Notes: generated from the sequence alone by a model not told the origin. A stretch of DNA of 64,000 nucleotides from an uncultured Planctomycetales bacterium (GCA_964464475.1 CAYXGG010000006.1:16305-80304); one strand, 5' to 3'; numbered from the stretch's first letter, positions 29,201 to 39,931 are shown. Program-made: numbers and translations.

Positions 29201-30060
29201 GACACCCAAAACTCCCGGAACATCAACCACTGCGTGGGGAACTGCCGAATTTTCTCTTCAATAACCTGCGTATGGCGTTGCATTAAACCACGTAAGGCTT
29301 CATCCTCAATCTGGCCATCTACCCGGTCAGGAGGAAAAATTGGCGGATCAAAAATCAGTTCAAACTGCCCCTCAGCGGTTCTCACCAAAAAAGTTGGTAA
29401 AATCGGCGCGCCGGTCCGGAACGAAAATACCGCCGCTCCTTTAGGAATTATCGCTTGCTTACCTAAAAAGTTAAGCTTCTCCCCGTGCTTCGTAAAGTCA
29501 CGATCAGCGAGGAGAGCGATAATTTTATTTTCTTTAAGAACCTCCATGCATCGCCGCACCGCGTTATTAGATGGGATGATTTCGATCCCGTGAGTTTCTC
29601 GTTGTTCATTGAATAAATCATTAACCGGGCGTTCTTTATGCGGCAAAGCAATGGCGGCAAAAGGATACCCCAACCGACTTAAAACAACAGCGCCTAATTC
29701 CCAGTTACCTATATGTGCGGTCAATAAAATAACGCCTTTTTTCAACTTGAGAATCTCATCCAAGAGTTGTCGGTTACGAATCACCACATGATCTTGGATA
29801 AATTCTTTGTTGACGGTTCTGGCCATCCGAAAAAAATCGACCAGGTATTTACCAAAATTACGAAAAACTTCCCGAGAAAGCTGCGGTAAATCCGGCCGAC
29901 TCCCCATAATGAGCCGCAAATTCCGTCTGACGGCGCGCCGGTCACGCGGGGAGAAATAATACTGTAAATCGGAAAAGAACGAAGCGAACTGATAGGAACC
30001 TTTCAAAGAAAGGTGGTTAACGATAAACTGACCAATTTTATAAAGAAGAAATTTAAACAT
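29197..30060 (-). CDS. LpxL/HtrB/PatA-family acyltransferase
   Basis: HIGNWE, LLADRD, PTQWLMF. Confidence 0.9.
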   Translation of the reverse strand: MFKFLLYKIGQFIVNHLSLKGSYQFASFFSDLQYYFSPRDRRAVRRNLRLIMGSRPDLPQLSREVFRNFGKYLVDFFRMARTVNKEFIQDHVVIRNRQLLDEILKLKKGVILLTAHIGNWELGAVVLSRLGYPFAAIALPHKERPVNDLFNEQRETHGIEIIPSNNAVRRCMEVLKENKIIALLADRDFTKHGEKLNFLGKQAIIPKGAAVFSFRTGAPILPTFLVRTAEGQFELIFDPPIFPPDRVDGQIEDEALRGLMQRHTQVIEEKIRQFPTQWLMFREFWVS

Positions 30061-31270
30061 CCTTGAGTGCCGCCTCAAAAGAACCGCCTAGGTCATTGCT
30101 TCGTCTCGAAAGCAAATTTCTCCTCGTTTCTTGATAAGGCTGATTCAATATGAGCTTAGCAATGTTGAGGGCCGAATCAGGATGCCCTTGACTAAGAGCG
30201 GCCAAGCGCATGCGCTCGAGCTGTTCGGGTTTGCGTAACAACAGCTCTACCTCCTCCCCGACATCACTGGAGACATCCACGTGAATGGCGATGCCGTTTT
30301 GTAACAGAAAATCCGTATTGCGCATTTCCTGTCCGGGGAGCGGATCAACGATAACCATGGGCAACCCCTTAGCCAAACATTCCGACGTCGTCATACCGCC
30401 CGGCTTGGTTATGATTAAATGAGCGACCTCCATCAAATCCTCAACGTAATTCACATAATCAAAGACCACGAGCTTCTTGTCATCCGGGACTGGAAATCGT
30501 TTCAACCATTTGATTAATTTCTTATTGATACCGGCGGTCACCATCACTTGAGAGGGTAAGGACATCTTCAACAAAGACTTGACGACTTGCTTAATGGGAC
30601 CCAACCCCTGCCCACCCCCCATGATCAAAATAATGGGTCGATCTAAATCAACCCCCAACTTTTTCGCTAAGTTCTTGCGGTCTTTCTTAATAGAAAAATT
30701 AGCATGAATTGGGATACCAAATAATTTGACTTTCTGAGGAGAAACGCCTTTAGAGATAAATCGAAACCGAGCGTCTTCAGAAGGAACGACATAATGATCC
30801 ACTCCCTCGTTGATCCAGTAAGAATGCGGCGCATAGTCAGTCAAAACCCCCACCAGCGTTAACGGTAAATGATGGGCCATTTTGTAATCGGCGATCATGC
30901 CACAGGGGAAAGCCTGTGTGCAAATGACCGTATCCGGAGAAAATTCTTTGAATAACTTGTCGAGTTTTTGGTGGCTGGTCTTGTGGAGGTACTTTTTTAG
31001 ACCTTCCGAACGTTTAAAGACCTTTGGGTTATCATAAAGAAAATCCCAGACTTTAGGGGTGCTTTTGATAATGCTCATGTACGCCTGATTAACCACTTTC
31101 TCCAACAAAGGATAAGTGTAACCAAAACCATTAATGCTCATGACCTCCACGGTCGGATCCAACAGCTTGATGGCCTGTTCAATCGCGACCGTCGCGGCGC
31201 GATGCCCGGACACCTTGGTGATGTACATTAAAAGAACGCGTCTGGCTTTGGATATTTCGTAAACAGACAT
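30053..31270 (-). CDS. UgtP/MGDG-synthase-family glycosyltransferase (GT28)
   Basis: GH, LTDY..H..W, GIP, MGGGQG, ITKPGGMTTSE, PGQE..N. Confidence 0.92.
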   Translation of the reverse strand: MSVYEISKARRVLLMYITKVSGHRAATVAIEQAIKLLDPTVEVMSINGFGYTYPLLEKVVNQAYMSIIKSTPKVWDFLYDNPKVFKRSEGLKKYLHKTSHQKLDKLFKEFSPDTVICTQAFPCGMIADYKMAHHLPLTLVGVLTDYAPHSYWINEGVDHYVVPSEDARFRFISKGVSPQKVKLFGIPIHANFSIKKDRKNLAKKLGVDLDRPIILIMGGGQGLGPIKQVVKSLLKMSLPSQVMVTAGINKKLIKWLKRFPVPDDKKLVVFDYVNYVEDLMEVAHLIITKPGGMTTSECLAKGLPMVIVDPLPGQEMRNTDFLLQNGIAIHVDVSSDVGEEVELLLRKPEQLERMRLAALSQGHPDSALNIAKLILNQPYQETRRNLLSRRSNDLGGSFEAALKDV

Positions 31271-31500
31271 TACGCGAGCATTGCCAGAGAATCGCCAATA
31301 GCAGCGTTCTGGCCCTCTGGGATTAAAATTTTCTCTATGACGCCGGAAACCGGAGCTGGAATGGCGAAGGTAGCTTTATCGGTCACGACCTCGACTAGAT
31401 CCTGATCCGCGGCAACGGAATCACCTTCTTTAACATGCCAACAGGCAACAGTGGCTTGCTTGATGCCTTCACCTAGTTCCGGTAAGAGTACTGCGCTCAT
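31270..31500 (-). CDS. Stand-alone lipoyl-carrier domain protein
   Basis: LPELGEGI...WHVKEGD...EVVTDKA (E2-type lipoyl-Lys)...PAPVSG; about 76 aa. Confidence 0.88.
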   Translation of the reverse strand: MSAVLLPELGEGIKQATVACWHVKEGDSVAADQDLVEVVTDKATFAIPAPVSGVIEKILIPEGQNAAIGDSLAMLA

Positions 31501-31530
31501 TTTAGAAGTCGACATAGGGAACACCCTGGT

Positions 31531-32184
31531 TCAAGATAAAAATTGGTGGTTAAAACGCTCTCGAAAACGGACCTTCACTTCCGCAAGCGAAATAACATTT
31601 TTTAATTCGCGTTTAAGCGAAGTCATCGACACATCTAACCCGCAAGGTCGAATGAGCTTAAAGAGCTCAAGATCGGAATTAACGTTAAGGGCCAGGCCGT
31701 GATAAGAAACCCACTTTTTGACCCCCACTCCGATCGAAGCGATCTTATTTTTGCCGACCCAAACCCCCGTTAATCCTTTCAAACTATTAGCCAATATACC
31801 AAAATCTTTTAATAAATCAATCGTAACCTCCTCGAGTTTTCGCAAATACCCGTGAAGATCCTTACCGCGCTTATCTAAACGTAAAATGGGATAAACTACC
31901 AATTGCCCGGGACAATGCAAGGTTACTTCGCCACCCCGATCTATGTCGATGACCTCTACCTTATGTCGGGCTAATTCTTCGGAAGGGACTAAAATATGTT
32001 CTCTTTTAGCCAAACGCCCGAGCGTCAAGACTGGCGGATGTTCACAAAAGAAAACTCTTTCTTCACCACCTGATAAAACTTGCAAAACCGCCTCTTTTTG
32101 GACCTGCCAGGCTTGAGCATAGTCGATGAGACCCAAATCAATAATGTTCTGGCCAACTAAGGGGTTGGAAATGATCTTTTCCAA
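31531..32184 (-). CDS. lipB: Octanoyltransferase LipB
   Basis: EHPPV.TLG, DRGGEVT.H.PGQ, KIASIG, HGLALN, PCG. Confidence 0.95.
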   Translation of the reverse strand: MEKIISNPLVGQNIIDLGLIDYAQAWQVQKEAVLQVLSGGEERVFFCEHPPVLTLGRLAKREHILVPSEELARHKVEVIDIDRGGEVTLHCPGQLVVYPILRLDKRGKDLHGYLRKLEEVTIDLLKDFGILANSLKGLTGVWVGKNKIASIGVGVKKWVSYHGLALNVNSDLELFKLIRPCGLDVSMTSLKRELKNVISLAEVKVRFRERFNHQFLS

Positions 32185-32210
32185 TAAAATATCCTCTCAA
32201 TAATGATAAT

Positions 32211-32243
32211 CCCCCGGACCAAGATTAATTTCTTTGCCGGGGG
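32211..32243. other. GC-rich stem-loop between icd and lipB (weak terminator or mRNA stabiliser)
   Basis: CCCCCGG...CCGGGGG with inner AAGA/TCTT pairing; no clear U-tract on the transcribed strand. Confidence 0.4.
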
Positions 32244-32260
32244 AAAATAAGGAATAAAAA

Positions 32261-33340
32261 TTAACGCAATTGGCGGCAGATCGCGTCTGCCATTTCCCTG
32301 GTACCAACCGCTGAGGGATCATTGCGATCAGACTTGAGATCATAGGTCACGTCCTTACCTTCTTTAATGACGGCCCGAACAGCTTTTTCAAGACGATTGG
32401 CCGCGTCAAGCTCTCCCAAATGTTTAAGCATTAGGCACCCGGAGAGAATCGTCGCGGTAGGATTGACTTTATTTTTTCCCGCGTATTTGGGAGCAGAACC
32501 GTGAACGGGTTCAAATAGCGCGATGCCATCCCCCATGTTAGCTCCGGGAGCAATCCCTAACCCGCCAATCAGACCAGCGCACAGATCAGACACGATGTCA
32601 CCGTACAAATTAGGCAGCACCAGAACGTCAAAAAAATCCGGCCGCTGAACTAGCTGCATGCACATATTATCCACGATGACATCTTCAAATTGAATCTTGC
32701 CTTCATACTCTTTGGCCACTTCTTGAGCAGTCTTCAGAAATAATCCATCAGAGAACTTCATGATGTTAGCCTTATGCACGGCGGTCACTTTACGACGCTT
32801 ATGTTGAACCGCGTAATCAAACGCGTACTTAACAATTCGCCGCGAAGCGGAAATTGAAATCGGTTTAATCGAAATCGCGGCATCCGACTTGATCTGCCGG
32901 GGCTGCAGACTGTTGATTTCTTTAATCAGCTGTTTGGCTTGATCAGTACCGACATCAAATTCTATCCCCGCGTAAAGGTCTTCCGTATTCTCGCGAAAAA
33001 TCACTAAATCCACGCCTTTTACCGCCTTAGCTCCTTCAAAGGATTGGCAAGGACGAACGCACGCAAACAAATCTAAAGCCTGGCGTAACGCCACGTTAAC
33101 CGAACGAAAACCTTTACCAATCGGAGTCACGATCGGACCTTTAATGGCGACTTTCGACTTTCTAATGGCATCCAAGACGTGATCAGGCAAGGGTGTTCCG
33201 TACTTTTGAATCGCGAATTCACCTACGGGCTGCTCATCCCATTCCACTTTAACGCCGGTCGCTTCAATACACTTCTTCATGGCAGCGGCGACTTCCGGCC
33301 CGATGCCATCGCCGGGTAATAATGTAACCTGATAACTCAT
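32261..33340 (-). CDS. Isocitrate/isopropylmalate dehydrogenase family protein (probable NAD-IDH)
   Basis: [46 protein letters not shown]. Confidence 0.9.
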   Translation of the reverse strand: MSYQVTLLPGDGIGPEVAAAMKKCIEATGVKVEWDEQPVGEFAIQKYGTPLPDHVLDAIRKSKVAIKGPIVTPIGKGFRSVNVALRQALDLFACVRPCQSFEGAKAVKGVDLVIFRENTEDLYAGIEFDVGTDQAKQLIKEINSLQPRQIKSDAAISIKPISISASRRIVKYAFDYAVQHKRRKVTAVHKANIMKFSDGLFLKTAQEVAKEYEGKIQFEDVIVDNMCMQLVQRPDFFDVLVLPNLYGDIVSDLCAGLIGGLGIAPGANMGDGIALFEPVHGSAPKYAGKNKVNPTATILSGCLMLKHLGELDAANRLEKAVRAVIKEGKDVTYDLKSDRNDPSAVGTREMADAICRQLR

Positions 33341-33379
33341 ATGATTCCTAATCCTTCCTGCGATTAACTGAATTTTAAA

Positions 33380-34465
33380 TTATTTTTTAGTTTGAGTTTT
33401 GGCGTTCTGATTCACAGCCAACAACTGCTTAAACTCTTCAACATTTTTGACTTTAGCGAGAGCCGTCTCATACGCAATCGCCCCCTGTAAATACAAATCC
33501 CGCAAGGAACGATCCATCGTACGCATGCCATATTGACTCCCCGTCTGAATAGCGGTCGGAATTTGTTCAATCGCCTGTTCACGGATGAGATTGCGTACTC
33601 CTGGAGTTGCAATCATGATTTCTGTGGCCACGATTCGCCCTTCTCCCTGTGCCCGAGGAAGCAACAATTGGGACACAACTCCTTGCAAACAGGACGCCAG
33701 CTGTAACTTGACCTGCTGCTGCTGATGAGCTGGGAAAACGTCAATAATACGTTCAATCGTTTGTGGAGCGTCCGGTGTGTGCAGCGTAGCCAAAACCAAG
33801 TGTCCCGTTTCTGCTGCGGTCAACGCCGTCGAAATAGTTTCCAAGTCGCGCATTTCTCCGACTACAATAACGTTCGGATCTTGACGCATACACCGTTTTA
33901 ATGCGTCCGAAAAAGAATGCGTATCACTGTAAACTTCGCGTTGTTTGATGATTGATTTTTTATTGGAGTGAATATATTCGATAGGATCTTCAATCAGGAC
34001 GATGAGTGCCGCCCGCTCTTGGTTGATCAAATTGATCATACCCGCCAAAGTCGTTGTTTTACCATTTCCCGTTGGCCCGGTGACCAGCACCAGCCCATTA
34101 GGACGCCTGGCCAATTCAGGAACAATCTCCGGCAAACCTAAATCAGTAATGTCCGGGACAAATAGCGGAATGCGACGAAAAGCAGCTTCCACCGAGCCTC
34201 GCTGGACATGCACATTAACACGAAAACGATCCAACCCGGATATGGCCAACGAAATGTCTAATTCTCGATCTTTTTCAAATTTTTCTTTTTGTTCATCCGC
34301 AAGAATTCCATAAATCATTTTCTTCATCGCATCACGATTTAAAGGTTCAAGCTTGGTCAACTGCAAACGCCCGTCGATTCTTAAAACAGGCGGAGTATCC
34401 TCCGTTAAATGCAAATCGGAAGCACGCTCCTGAATCGCCAATAATAACAGTTCACGCAGTTCCAT
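33380..34465 (-). CDS. pilT: Type IV pilus retraction ATPase PilT-like
   Basis: ASDLH, GPTGNGKTT, EDPIE, GEMRD, ETGHL, TLH, VRNLIRE. Confidence 0.9.
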   Translation of the reverse strand: MELRELLLLAIQERASDLHLTEDTPPVLRIDGRLQLTKLEPLNRDAMKKMIYGILADEQKEKFEKDRELDISLAISGLDRFRVNVHVQRGSVEAAFRRIPLFVPDITDLGLPEIVPELARRPNGLVLVTGPTGNGKTTTLAGMINLINQERAALIVLIEDPIEYIHSNKKSIIKQREVYSDTHSFSDALKRCMRQDPNVIVVGEMRDLETISTALTAAETGHLVLATLHTPDAPQTIERIIDVFPAHQQQQVKLQLASCLQGVVSQLLLPRAQGEGRIVATEIMIATPGVRNLIREQAIEQIPTAIQTGSQYGMRTMDRSLRDLYLQGAIAYETALAKVKNVEEFKQLLAVNQNAKTQTKK

Positions 34466-34531
34466 GTTGAACGCTCCTTGGGATATTTGGTTTAAAAAAT
34501 TTCTGAATATGAATCTATACGGAGGAAGGCC

Positions 34532-35707
34532 TTACGGCAGGATGAGCTTTTCTTTGGCAATCCATTCACCAAGTCGCTTCAAACCTTCTTTGATGCGTTC
34601 CTGAGAGGTCGCGAAACTTAACCGAATATGTCCAGGCGCGCCAAAGCCTTCTCCGGGGATTACGGCAACGTTTACATCATCAAGCAACCGTTTGGCGACC
34701 ACATTAGCATCCGCAGCGACGCGCGTCAAGTCACAAAACACATAAAATGCTCCTTGCGGACGAACATAACTAATAGCGGGGATTTTATCTAAACATTGCA
34801 ACATTAAATTTCGGCGCGCTTCAAATTCTCGACACATGGCCCGAACTGTCTCCTCCGGAGCTTTGAGAGCGGCTACCGCGGCCGCTTGACTGATGGAAGT
34901 CGGGTTGGAAGTAGAATGATCCTGAAATTTGTTGATGGCTTCAATAATAGGCTTTGGTCCGGCGCAATATCCGATTCGCCACCCTGTCATTGAATACGCT
35001 TTAGAAACTCCGTTGACCGTCATGGTTAAGTCATAAATTTCTTTTCCCAACGATGCCAGCGACGTAAACATCAACCCATCGTAAACCAATTTTTCGTAAA
35101 TCTCATCACTAATCACGTAAAGATGATGTTTAACACAAATTTCGGCGATGGCCTCCAACTCAGATTTTGAGTAAACCGAACCCGTTGGGTTGGAGGGCGA
35201 ACACACAATGAGAATTTTTGATTTGGGAGTGATAACTTTTTGCAGATCTTGAGGCGTGATTTTAAAATTATTTTTTGCCGTCGTAGGCAACACTTTGACC
35301 ACGGCACCGGCAGCCTTGACCATCTCCGGATAGCTGACCCAGTAGGGTGCGGGGATAATGACTTCCTCGCCCTCATCGGCTAATACCTGAATAATATTAT
35401 AAATGGCATGCTTCGCCCCACAGGAAACAGCAACCTGCGAAGGTTGGTAGGAAAGGTTGTTATCTTTTAAGAATTTGGCAGCGATGGTTTCCCTAAGCTG
35501 GGGAGTGCCGATGCTGGGGGTATACTTCGTAAATCCGTCTTGAATCGCCTTGATGGCGGCTTGCTTAATAAAATCCGGGGTATCAAAATCTGGTTCGCCC
35601 GCGGCAAAACTGACAACATCTTTGCCCTGGCTTAAAAGCTCTTTAGCCCTGGCGGTGATCGCCAGGGTCGTTGAGCCAACCAGCTCTTTAATCCGCCGGT
35701 TTATCAT
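34532..35707 (-). CDS. aspC: Aspartate aminotransferase (class I PLP enzyme)
   Basis: GEPDF, SPSNPTG, DEIY, SKAYSMTGWRIG. Confidence 0.9.
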   Translation of the reverse strand: MINRRIKELVGSTTLAITARAKELLSQGKDVVSFAAGEPDFDTPDFIKQAAIKAIQDGFTKYTPSIGTPQLRETIAAKFLKDNNLSYQPSQVAVSCGAKHAIYNIIQVLADEGEEVIIPAPYWVSYPEMVKAAGAVVKVLPTTAKNNFKITPQDLQKVITPKSKILIVCSPSNPTGSVYSKSELEAIAEICVKHHLYVISDEIYEKLVYDGLMFTSLASLGKEIYDLTMTVNGVSKAYSMTGWRIGYCAGPKPIIEAINKFQDHSTSNPTSISQAAAVAALKAPEETVRAMCREFEARRNLMLQCLDKIPAISYVRPQGAFYVFCDLTRVAADANVVAKRLLDDVNVAVIPGEGFGAPGHIRLSFATSQERIKEGLKRLGEWIAKEKLILP

Positions 35708-35740
35708 CAGATTAATTGAATTTTATATAAGTTCGGTAAA

Positions 35741-36352
35741 TTACTTACCGCCTGAAGGCTTGTTTCCAAAAATCTTCTTAATGCCCGAAACAATGTTCCC
35801 GGAAGGTTTGGCTTTTTCTTCTTTCACGGGCCGTTGTTCAGCTCGAGGTAAAGCTTTTTTTGGTTCCGGTTTAGATGGTTTTTTAGGTTCAGCCACCTTC
35901 GCTTTTTCCGTTTTGGCCGCAGGTTTCTTTTCGGCGGCATCCGGTTTGGCGCCCTTGGCTACGGCATCGGTTTTAGGCTTAGATACGATGATTTCCGACT
36001 TTTCCGTCAGTTCAAGATAAACCAATTGAGCGTTATCCCCTCGACGAAAACCTAGTGGGATAATCCGAGTATAACCCCCTTGACGGGTATTAAAACGCTT
36101 AGCGATATTATCAAAAAGTTCTTTAACCAAATTGTGATCAACCAAAATGGCAAAGGCACGTCGCTTATGCGCGAGGGTTCCCTTTTTCCCAAGAGTAATC
36201 AATTTTTCAACTAATTTACGAGCTTCCTTCGCCTTCGCCTTCGTGGTTAAGATACGCTGACGCAGCAGCGTCGCTTTAGCCATATCGCGAATCGTGGCCT
36301 TACGTAAACTTTGATTTCTTCCTAATCGATTTCCAGCAACGCCGTGTCTCAT
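35741..36352 (-). CDS. rplQ: 50S ribosomal protein L17 with long C-terminal extension
   Basis: MRH...LGR, GGYTRI, RRGDNA; about 85-aa extra tail. Confidence 0.98.
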   Translation of the reverse strand: MRHGVAGNRLGRNQSLRKATIRDMAKATLLRQRILTTKAKAKEARKLVEKLITLGKKGTLAHKRRAFAILVDHNLVKELFDNIAKRFNTRQGGYTRIIPLGFRRGDNAQLVYLELTEKSEIIVSKPKTDAVAKGAKPDAAEKKPAAKTEKAKVAEPKKPSKPEPKKALPRAEQRPVKEEKAKPSGNIVSGIKKIFGNKPSGGK

Positions 36353-36353
36353 G

Positions 36354-37346
36354 TTATTCCTTCTTCTTTAATTTCTTAACATCGACTTTCATTCCCAAAC
36401 CTAAATTCATCGCTTTAAGCAAATCACCAATTTCGGTCAATGATTTCTTACCAAAATTACGAAAGCTCAAAAGTTCGGCTTCGGTTTTGCGAACCAGGTC
36501 GGAAATCGTCTTAATGTTGGCTTCTTTTAAACAGTTAGAGCTTCGCACCGACAATTCCAGTTCGGAAATCGGCAATCGTAATTTTTCATATAACGCTTGC
36601 TCTTCAGCCGTAATTTCCTCTTCTTCTTCCTCTTCTTCCGGCAGCTGACCATAGCTGACAAACACATCGAGGTGACGCTGCATAATATTAGCGCCATAGA
36701 GTAATGCTTCTTTCGGATTAATACTCCCGTTGGTCCAGATTTCAATGATCAAACGATCATAATCCGTACGTTGACCAACGCGGGTATTTTCGACAAAGAA
36801 GTTCACTTTATTGATCGGAGTGAAAATTGAATCGACCGCAATAGTACCCACGGTTTGTAAATCTTTTTTATTGAGATCCGCCGGCACATAACCTCGACCA
36901 CGAGAAATCTCCAATTCCATATGAAATTGAGTGTCCCGCGTCAAAGTCGCGATATGTAAGTCGGGGTTAATGATCTCAATCGTTTCATCGCAAATTATAT
37001 CTTTAGCTTTGATTTCGCCTTTCTTCTCGGCCTTAATATAAATCGTTTTTGGGGCTTTGGAATGGGCTCTTAAAACTACGTTTTTGACATTCAAAACAAT
37101 TTCCGTGACCTGCTCTAAAACTCCGGGTATCGTGGAAAATTCGTGTTGTACCCCATCAATACGGATGGCGGTAACAGCGGCTCCCTCGATGGAAGAAAGC
37201 AAAATCCGGCGCAGGGAATTTCCGAGAGTTACCCCGTAGCCTCTTTCAAACGGTTCGGCGATAAACTTACCGTAAAACTGAGTATAACTTTGTTCATCGC
37301 AATCGAGCCTTTTGGGCATCTGAAAATCTCGCCATTTAATTCCCAT
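36354..37346 (-). CDS. rpoA: RNA polymerase alpha subunit
   Basis: EPFERGYGVTLGNSLRR, LELSVRS.NCL, NFGKKS; start set at MGIKW with AGGAGG SD. Confidence 0.99.
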   Translation of the reverse strand: MGIKWRDFQMPKRLDCDEQSYTQFYGKFIAEPFERGYGVTLGNSLRRILLSSIEGAAVTAIRIDGVQHEFSTIPGVLEQVTEIVLNVKNVVLRAHSKAPKTIYIKAEKKGEIKAKDIICDETIEIINPDLHIATLTRDTQFHMELEISRGRGYVPADLNKKDLQTVGTIAVDSIFTPINKVNFFVENTRVGQRTDYDRLIIEIWTNGSINPKEALLYGANIMQRHLDVFVSYGQLPEEEEEEEEITAEEQALYEKLRLPISELELSVRSSNCLKEANIKTISDLVRKTEAELLSFRNFGKKSLTEIGDLLKAMNLGLGMKVDVKKLKKKE

Positions 37347-37401
37347 GTTTTCCTCCTGTTGACTTTCTTTAAGAAAATATTTAGTCGCTGAACCTGAACC
37401 C

Positions 37402-38031
37402 TTACATGGAATAAAGTTCAACGATGAGCTGCTCGTTGACGGGATACGTAATGTCCTCACGCTGCGGAAATCGCGCGACCTTTCCCTTATAGTGATCCTT
37501 GTCTACCACCAGCCACGCAGGAGCTGTTCGGCTTCCGGAGGCTTCGATGTTCTCTTTAACATTCTTTACACCACGATCCTGTTTAAACTTAAGTTCAATC
37601 TCATCGTGCTCATGCACTAAGAAAGAAGGAATATTGACCCGTTGATCGTTCACGTTTACAAAACCGTGCGAGACCATTTGCCGGGCTTCCGAACGGGAAG
37701 TCGCAAAACCCATTTGGTAAATCACATTATCCAGACGTCTTTCCAAAAACTGCAAAAGGATGGAACCGGTAACACCCTTCGTCCTTGCGGCCTTGTTAAA
37801 ATAATTACGGAATTGTTTTTCTAAAATCCCGTAAATTCTTTTAACTTTTTGCTTTTCGCGCATCTGCAAACCATAGTTTGATAACTTGGGACGTTTGGCA
37901 CCGTGTTGCCCAGGAGCATAATCGCGACGTTCCAAAGCACATTTATGGGTATAGCAGCGAGTCCCTTTTAAGAAAAGTTTCTCACCTTCCCGACGACACA
38001 ACCGACAGCTCGAACCTAAATCTCTGGCCAT
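37402..38031 (-). CDS. rpsD: 30S ribosomal protein S4 (Zn-binding type)
   Basis: [26 protein letters not shown]. Confidence 0.99.
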   Translation of the reverse strand: MARDLGSSCRLCRREGEKLFLKGTRCYTHKCALERRDYAPGQHGAKRPKLSNYGLQMREKQKVKRIYGILEKQFRNYFNKAARTKGVTGSILLQFLERRLDNVIYQMGFATSRSEARQMVSHGFVNVNDQRVNIPSFLVHEHDEIELKFKQDRGVKNVKENIEASGSRTAPAWLVVDKDHYKGKVARFPQREDITYPVNEQLIVELYSM

Positions 38032-38045
38032 TATTCGCTTCCTTT

Positions 38046-38432
38046 TTAAACTCTGCGTTTTTTACGGGCCCGGCAACCGTTGTGCGGCATTGGGGTCACG
38101 TCTTTAATTGAATTAATCATCAACCCCGCAGCTTGCACCGCGCGGATAGCTGATTCCCGTCCAGATCCCGGTCCTTTGACCAGGACATCCACCGTCAATA
38201 AACCTAATTCCTTGGCTTTACGGGCCGCTTCGCCTGCTGCGACTTGAGCCGCAAAAGGGGTGGATTTCTTTGAACCGCTAAAACCCACAATACCCGGAGA
38301 TGACCAAACGATCACATTGCCATTTCTATCCGTGATTGAAACAATAGTATTGTTGAAGCTGGCCTGGATGTGCACGATGCCGCTCGTGACACCCTTTAAA
38401 TTCTTTTTTTTCGCTTTATCACCTTTTGCCAT
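38046..38432 (-). CDS. rpsK: 30S ribosomal protein S11
   Basis: [21 protein letters not shown]. Confidence 0.99.
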   Translation of the reverse strand: MAKGDKAKKKNLKGVTSGIVHIQASFNNTIVSITDRNGNVIVWSSPGIVGFSGSKKSTPFAAQVAAGEAARKAKELGLLTVDVLVKGPGSGRESAIRAVQAAGLMINSIKDVTPMPHNGCRARKKRRV

Positions 38433-38452
38433 GATAATCCTCTCTCAAATTT

Positions 38453-38839
38453 CTATTTCTTTTCAGCCGTAGGTTTAAGCAAAGCGGCCAAGTTTCTCTT
38501 TTTTCCCTTACGCGTGCGGGCGTTGGTTTTGGTTCGCTGGCCGCGAGAAGGCAAACCCTTCTTGTGCCGGGCGCCACGGTAAGAACCCGTATCAATCAAC
38601 CGTTTGATGTTCTGCTGAACTTCCCGACGTAGATCACCTTCTACACGATAATTTTTTTGGATAATTCCGGTAATGCGGGAAATTTCATCTTCCGTTAAAT
38701 CTTTCGCGCGACGATTAAAATCAATCTTCGCATCAGCTAAAATTCTACGGGCGGTAGTTAAACCAATTCCATACAGATACGGAAGCGCCGCGTCAATTTT
38801 CTTCTCTTTGGGAATATCAACACCAAGAATTCTGGGCAT
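38453..38839 (-). CDS. rpsM: 30S ribosomal protein S13
   Basis: [18 protein letters not shown]. Confidence 0.99.
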   Translation of the reverse strand: MPRILGVDIPKEKKIDAALPYLYGIGLTTARRILADAKIDFNRRAKDLTEDEISRITGIIQKNYRVEGDLRREVQQNIKRLIDTGSYRGARHKKGLPSRGQRTKTNARTRKGKKRNLAALLKPTAEKK

Positions 38840-38851
38840 AGTTTACAATCC

Positions 38852-38965
38852 TTATCCTTGTCGCTGTTTATGCTTCGGGTTTTCACAAATCACCCGGACC
38901 ACATTTCTACGGCGAATGACTTTACATTTACTGCAAATTCGACGAACCGATGATTTAACTTTCAT
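38852..38965 (-). CDS. rpmJ: 50S ribosomal protein L36
   Basis: Manual translation [37 protein letters not shown]. Confidence 0.98.
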   Translation of the reverse strand: MKVKSSVRRICSKCKVIRRRNVVRVICENPKHKQRQG

Positions 38966-38966
38966 T

Positions 38967-39185
38967 TTACTTGTTCCGATACGTTATCCTGCCACGGGTT
39001 AAATCGTAAGGCGAAAGCTCCACTTTCACCTTGTCACCGGGAAGTATGCGGATAAAATGCATCCGAATTTTCCCCGAAATATGCGCCAACACCTTATGAC
39101 CGTTATCGAGCTCAACACGAAACATCGCGTTGGGCAACGCTTCTAAAATAGTACCCTCAACTTCAATGAGATCTTCTTTGGCCAT
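38967..39185 (-). CDS. infA: Translation initiation factor IF-1
   Basis: [27 protein letters not shown]. Confidence 0.99.
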   Translation of the reverse strand: MAKEDLIEVEGTILEALPNAMFRVELDNGHKVLAHISGKIRMHFIRILPGDKVKVELSPYDLTRGRITYRNK

Positions 39186-39187
39186 TC

Positions 39188-39931
39188 TTACTTAGTCAAA
39201 ATCTCAGGACCGTCACCCGTTATGGCAACGGTATGTTCAAAATGGGCTGATGGTTTCCCATCCGCGGTAACAACAGTCCAACCATCCTCCAATACCCTGG
39301 TTTCCCAGCTACCCACGTTAACCATGGGCTCAATGGCAAAAACCATTCCTTCTTTTAAAACCGGACCCTGATGAGGTTCGCCAAAATTGGGAATCTCCGG
39401 ATCTTCATGCAGAGCGCGACCTATGCCATGCCCTACAAAATCACGAACCACCGAGAAATTATTCAGCTCTACGAACTTCTGCACCGCGTGGGATATATCC
39501 GAGACATGATTTCCGATCTTCGCCTCAGCAATTCCCTTAAACAACGATGTTTCCGTAACCTCCAGGAGTTTCTTTAAGCGGGCATCAATCTTACCGAGCC
39601 CGACGGAAAAGGCGCTGTCTGAATAAAAATCTTCCCGAATGATACCTAAATCGACACTAACGATGTCACCGTCCTTAAGGATTCGGGAACCAGGAATGCC
39701 ATGAACCACTTCATGGTTGATGGAAATGCAGGTACTCCCAGGAAAACCTCGATATCCCTTAAAGGCTGGCCTGACTTTACGGCTTAGCATGGCTTTTTCA
39801 GCTAGCGCATCCAGCTCTTGAGTCGACATCCCAATTTTTAAAGAACGCTTTACTTCCGCCACAATTTCGGCCAGAACTTTTCCAGCCTTGCGCAATAAAT
39901 CAAGCTCTTGTTTTGTTTTGAGCGTAATCAA
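39188..39931 (-). CDS. map: Methionine aminopeptidase
   Basis: VVHGIP, GHGIG..HE.P, AIEPM, SAHFEHT. Confidence 0.98.
   Translation of the reverse strand: MITLKTKQELDLLRKAGKVLAEIVAEVKRSLKIGMSTQELDALAEKAMLSRKVRPAFKGYRGFPGSTCISINHEVVHGIPGSRILKDGDIVSVDLGIIREDFYSDSAFSVGLGKIDARLKKLLEVTETSLFKGIAEAKIGNHVSDISHAVQKFVELNNFSVVRDFVGHGIGRALHEDPEIPNFGEPHQGPVLKEGMVFAIEPMVNVGSWETRVLEDGWTVVTADGKPSAHFEHTVAITGDGPEILTK

Noticed and set aside
36600-36640. Poly-Glu run in RpoA
   Set aside because: Ordinary acidic linker between alpha NTD and CTD, with mixed GAA/GAG codons
37347-37460. 38-aa N-terminal extension of RpoA overlapping rpsD
   Set aside because: A strong AGGAGG SD precedes ATG 37346; the extension has no RpoA similarity
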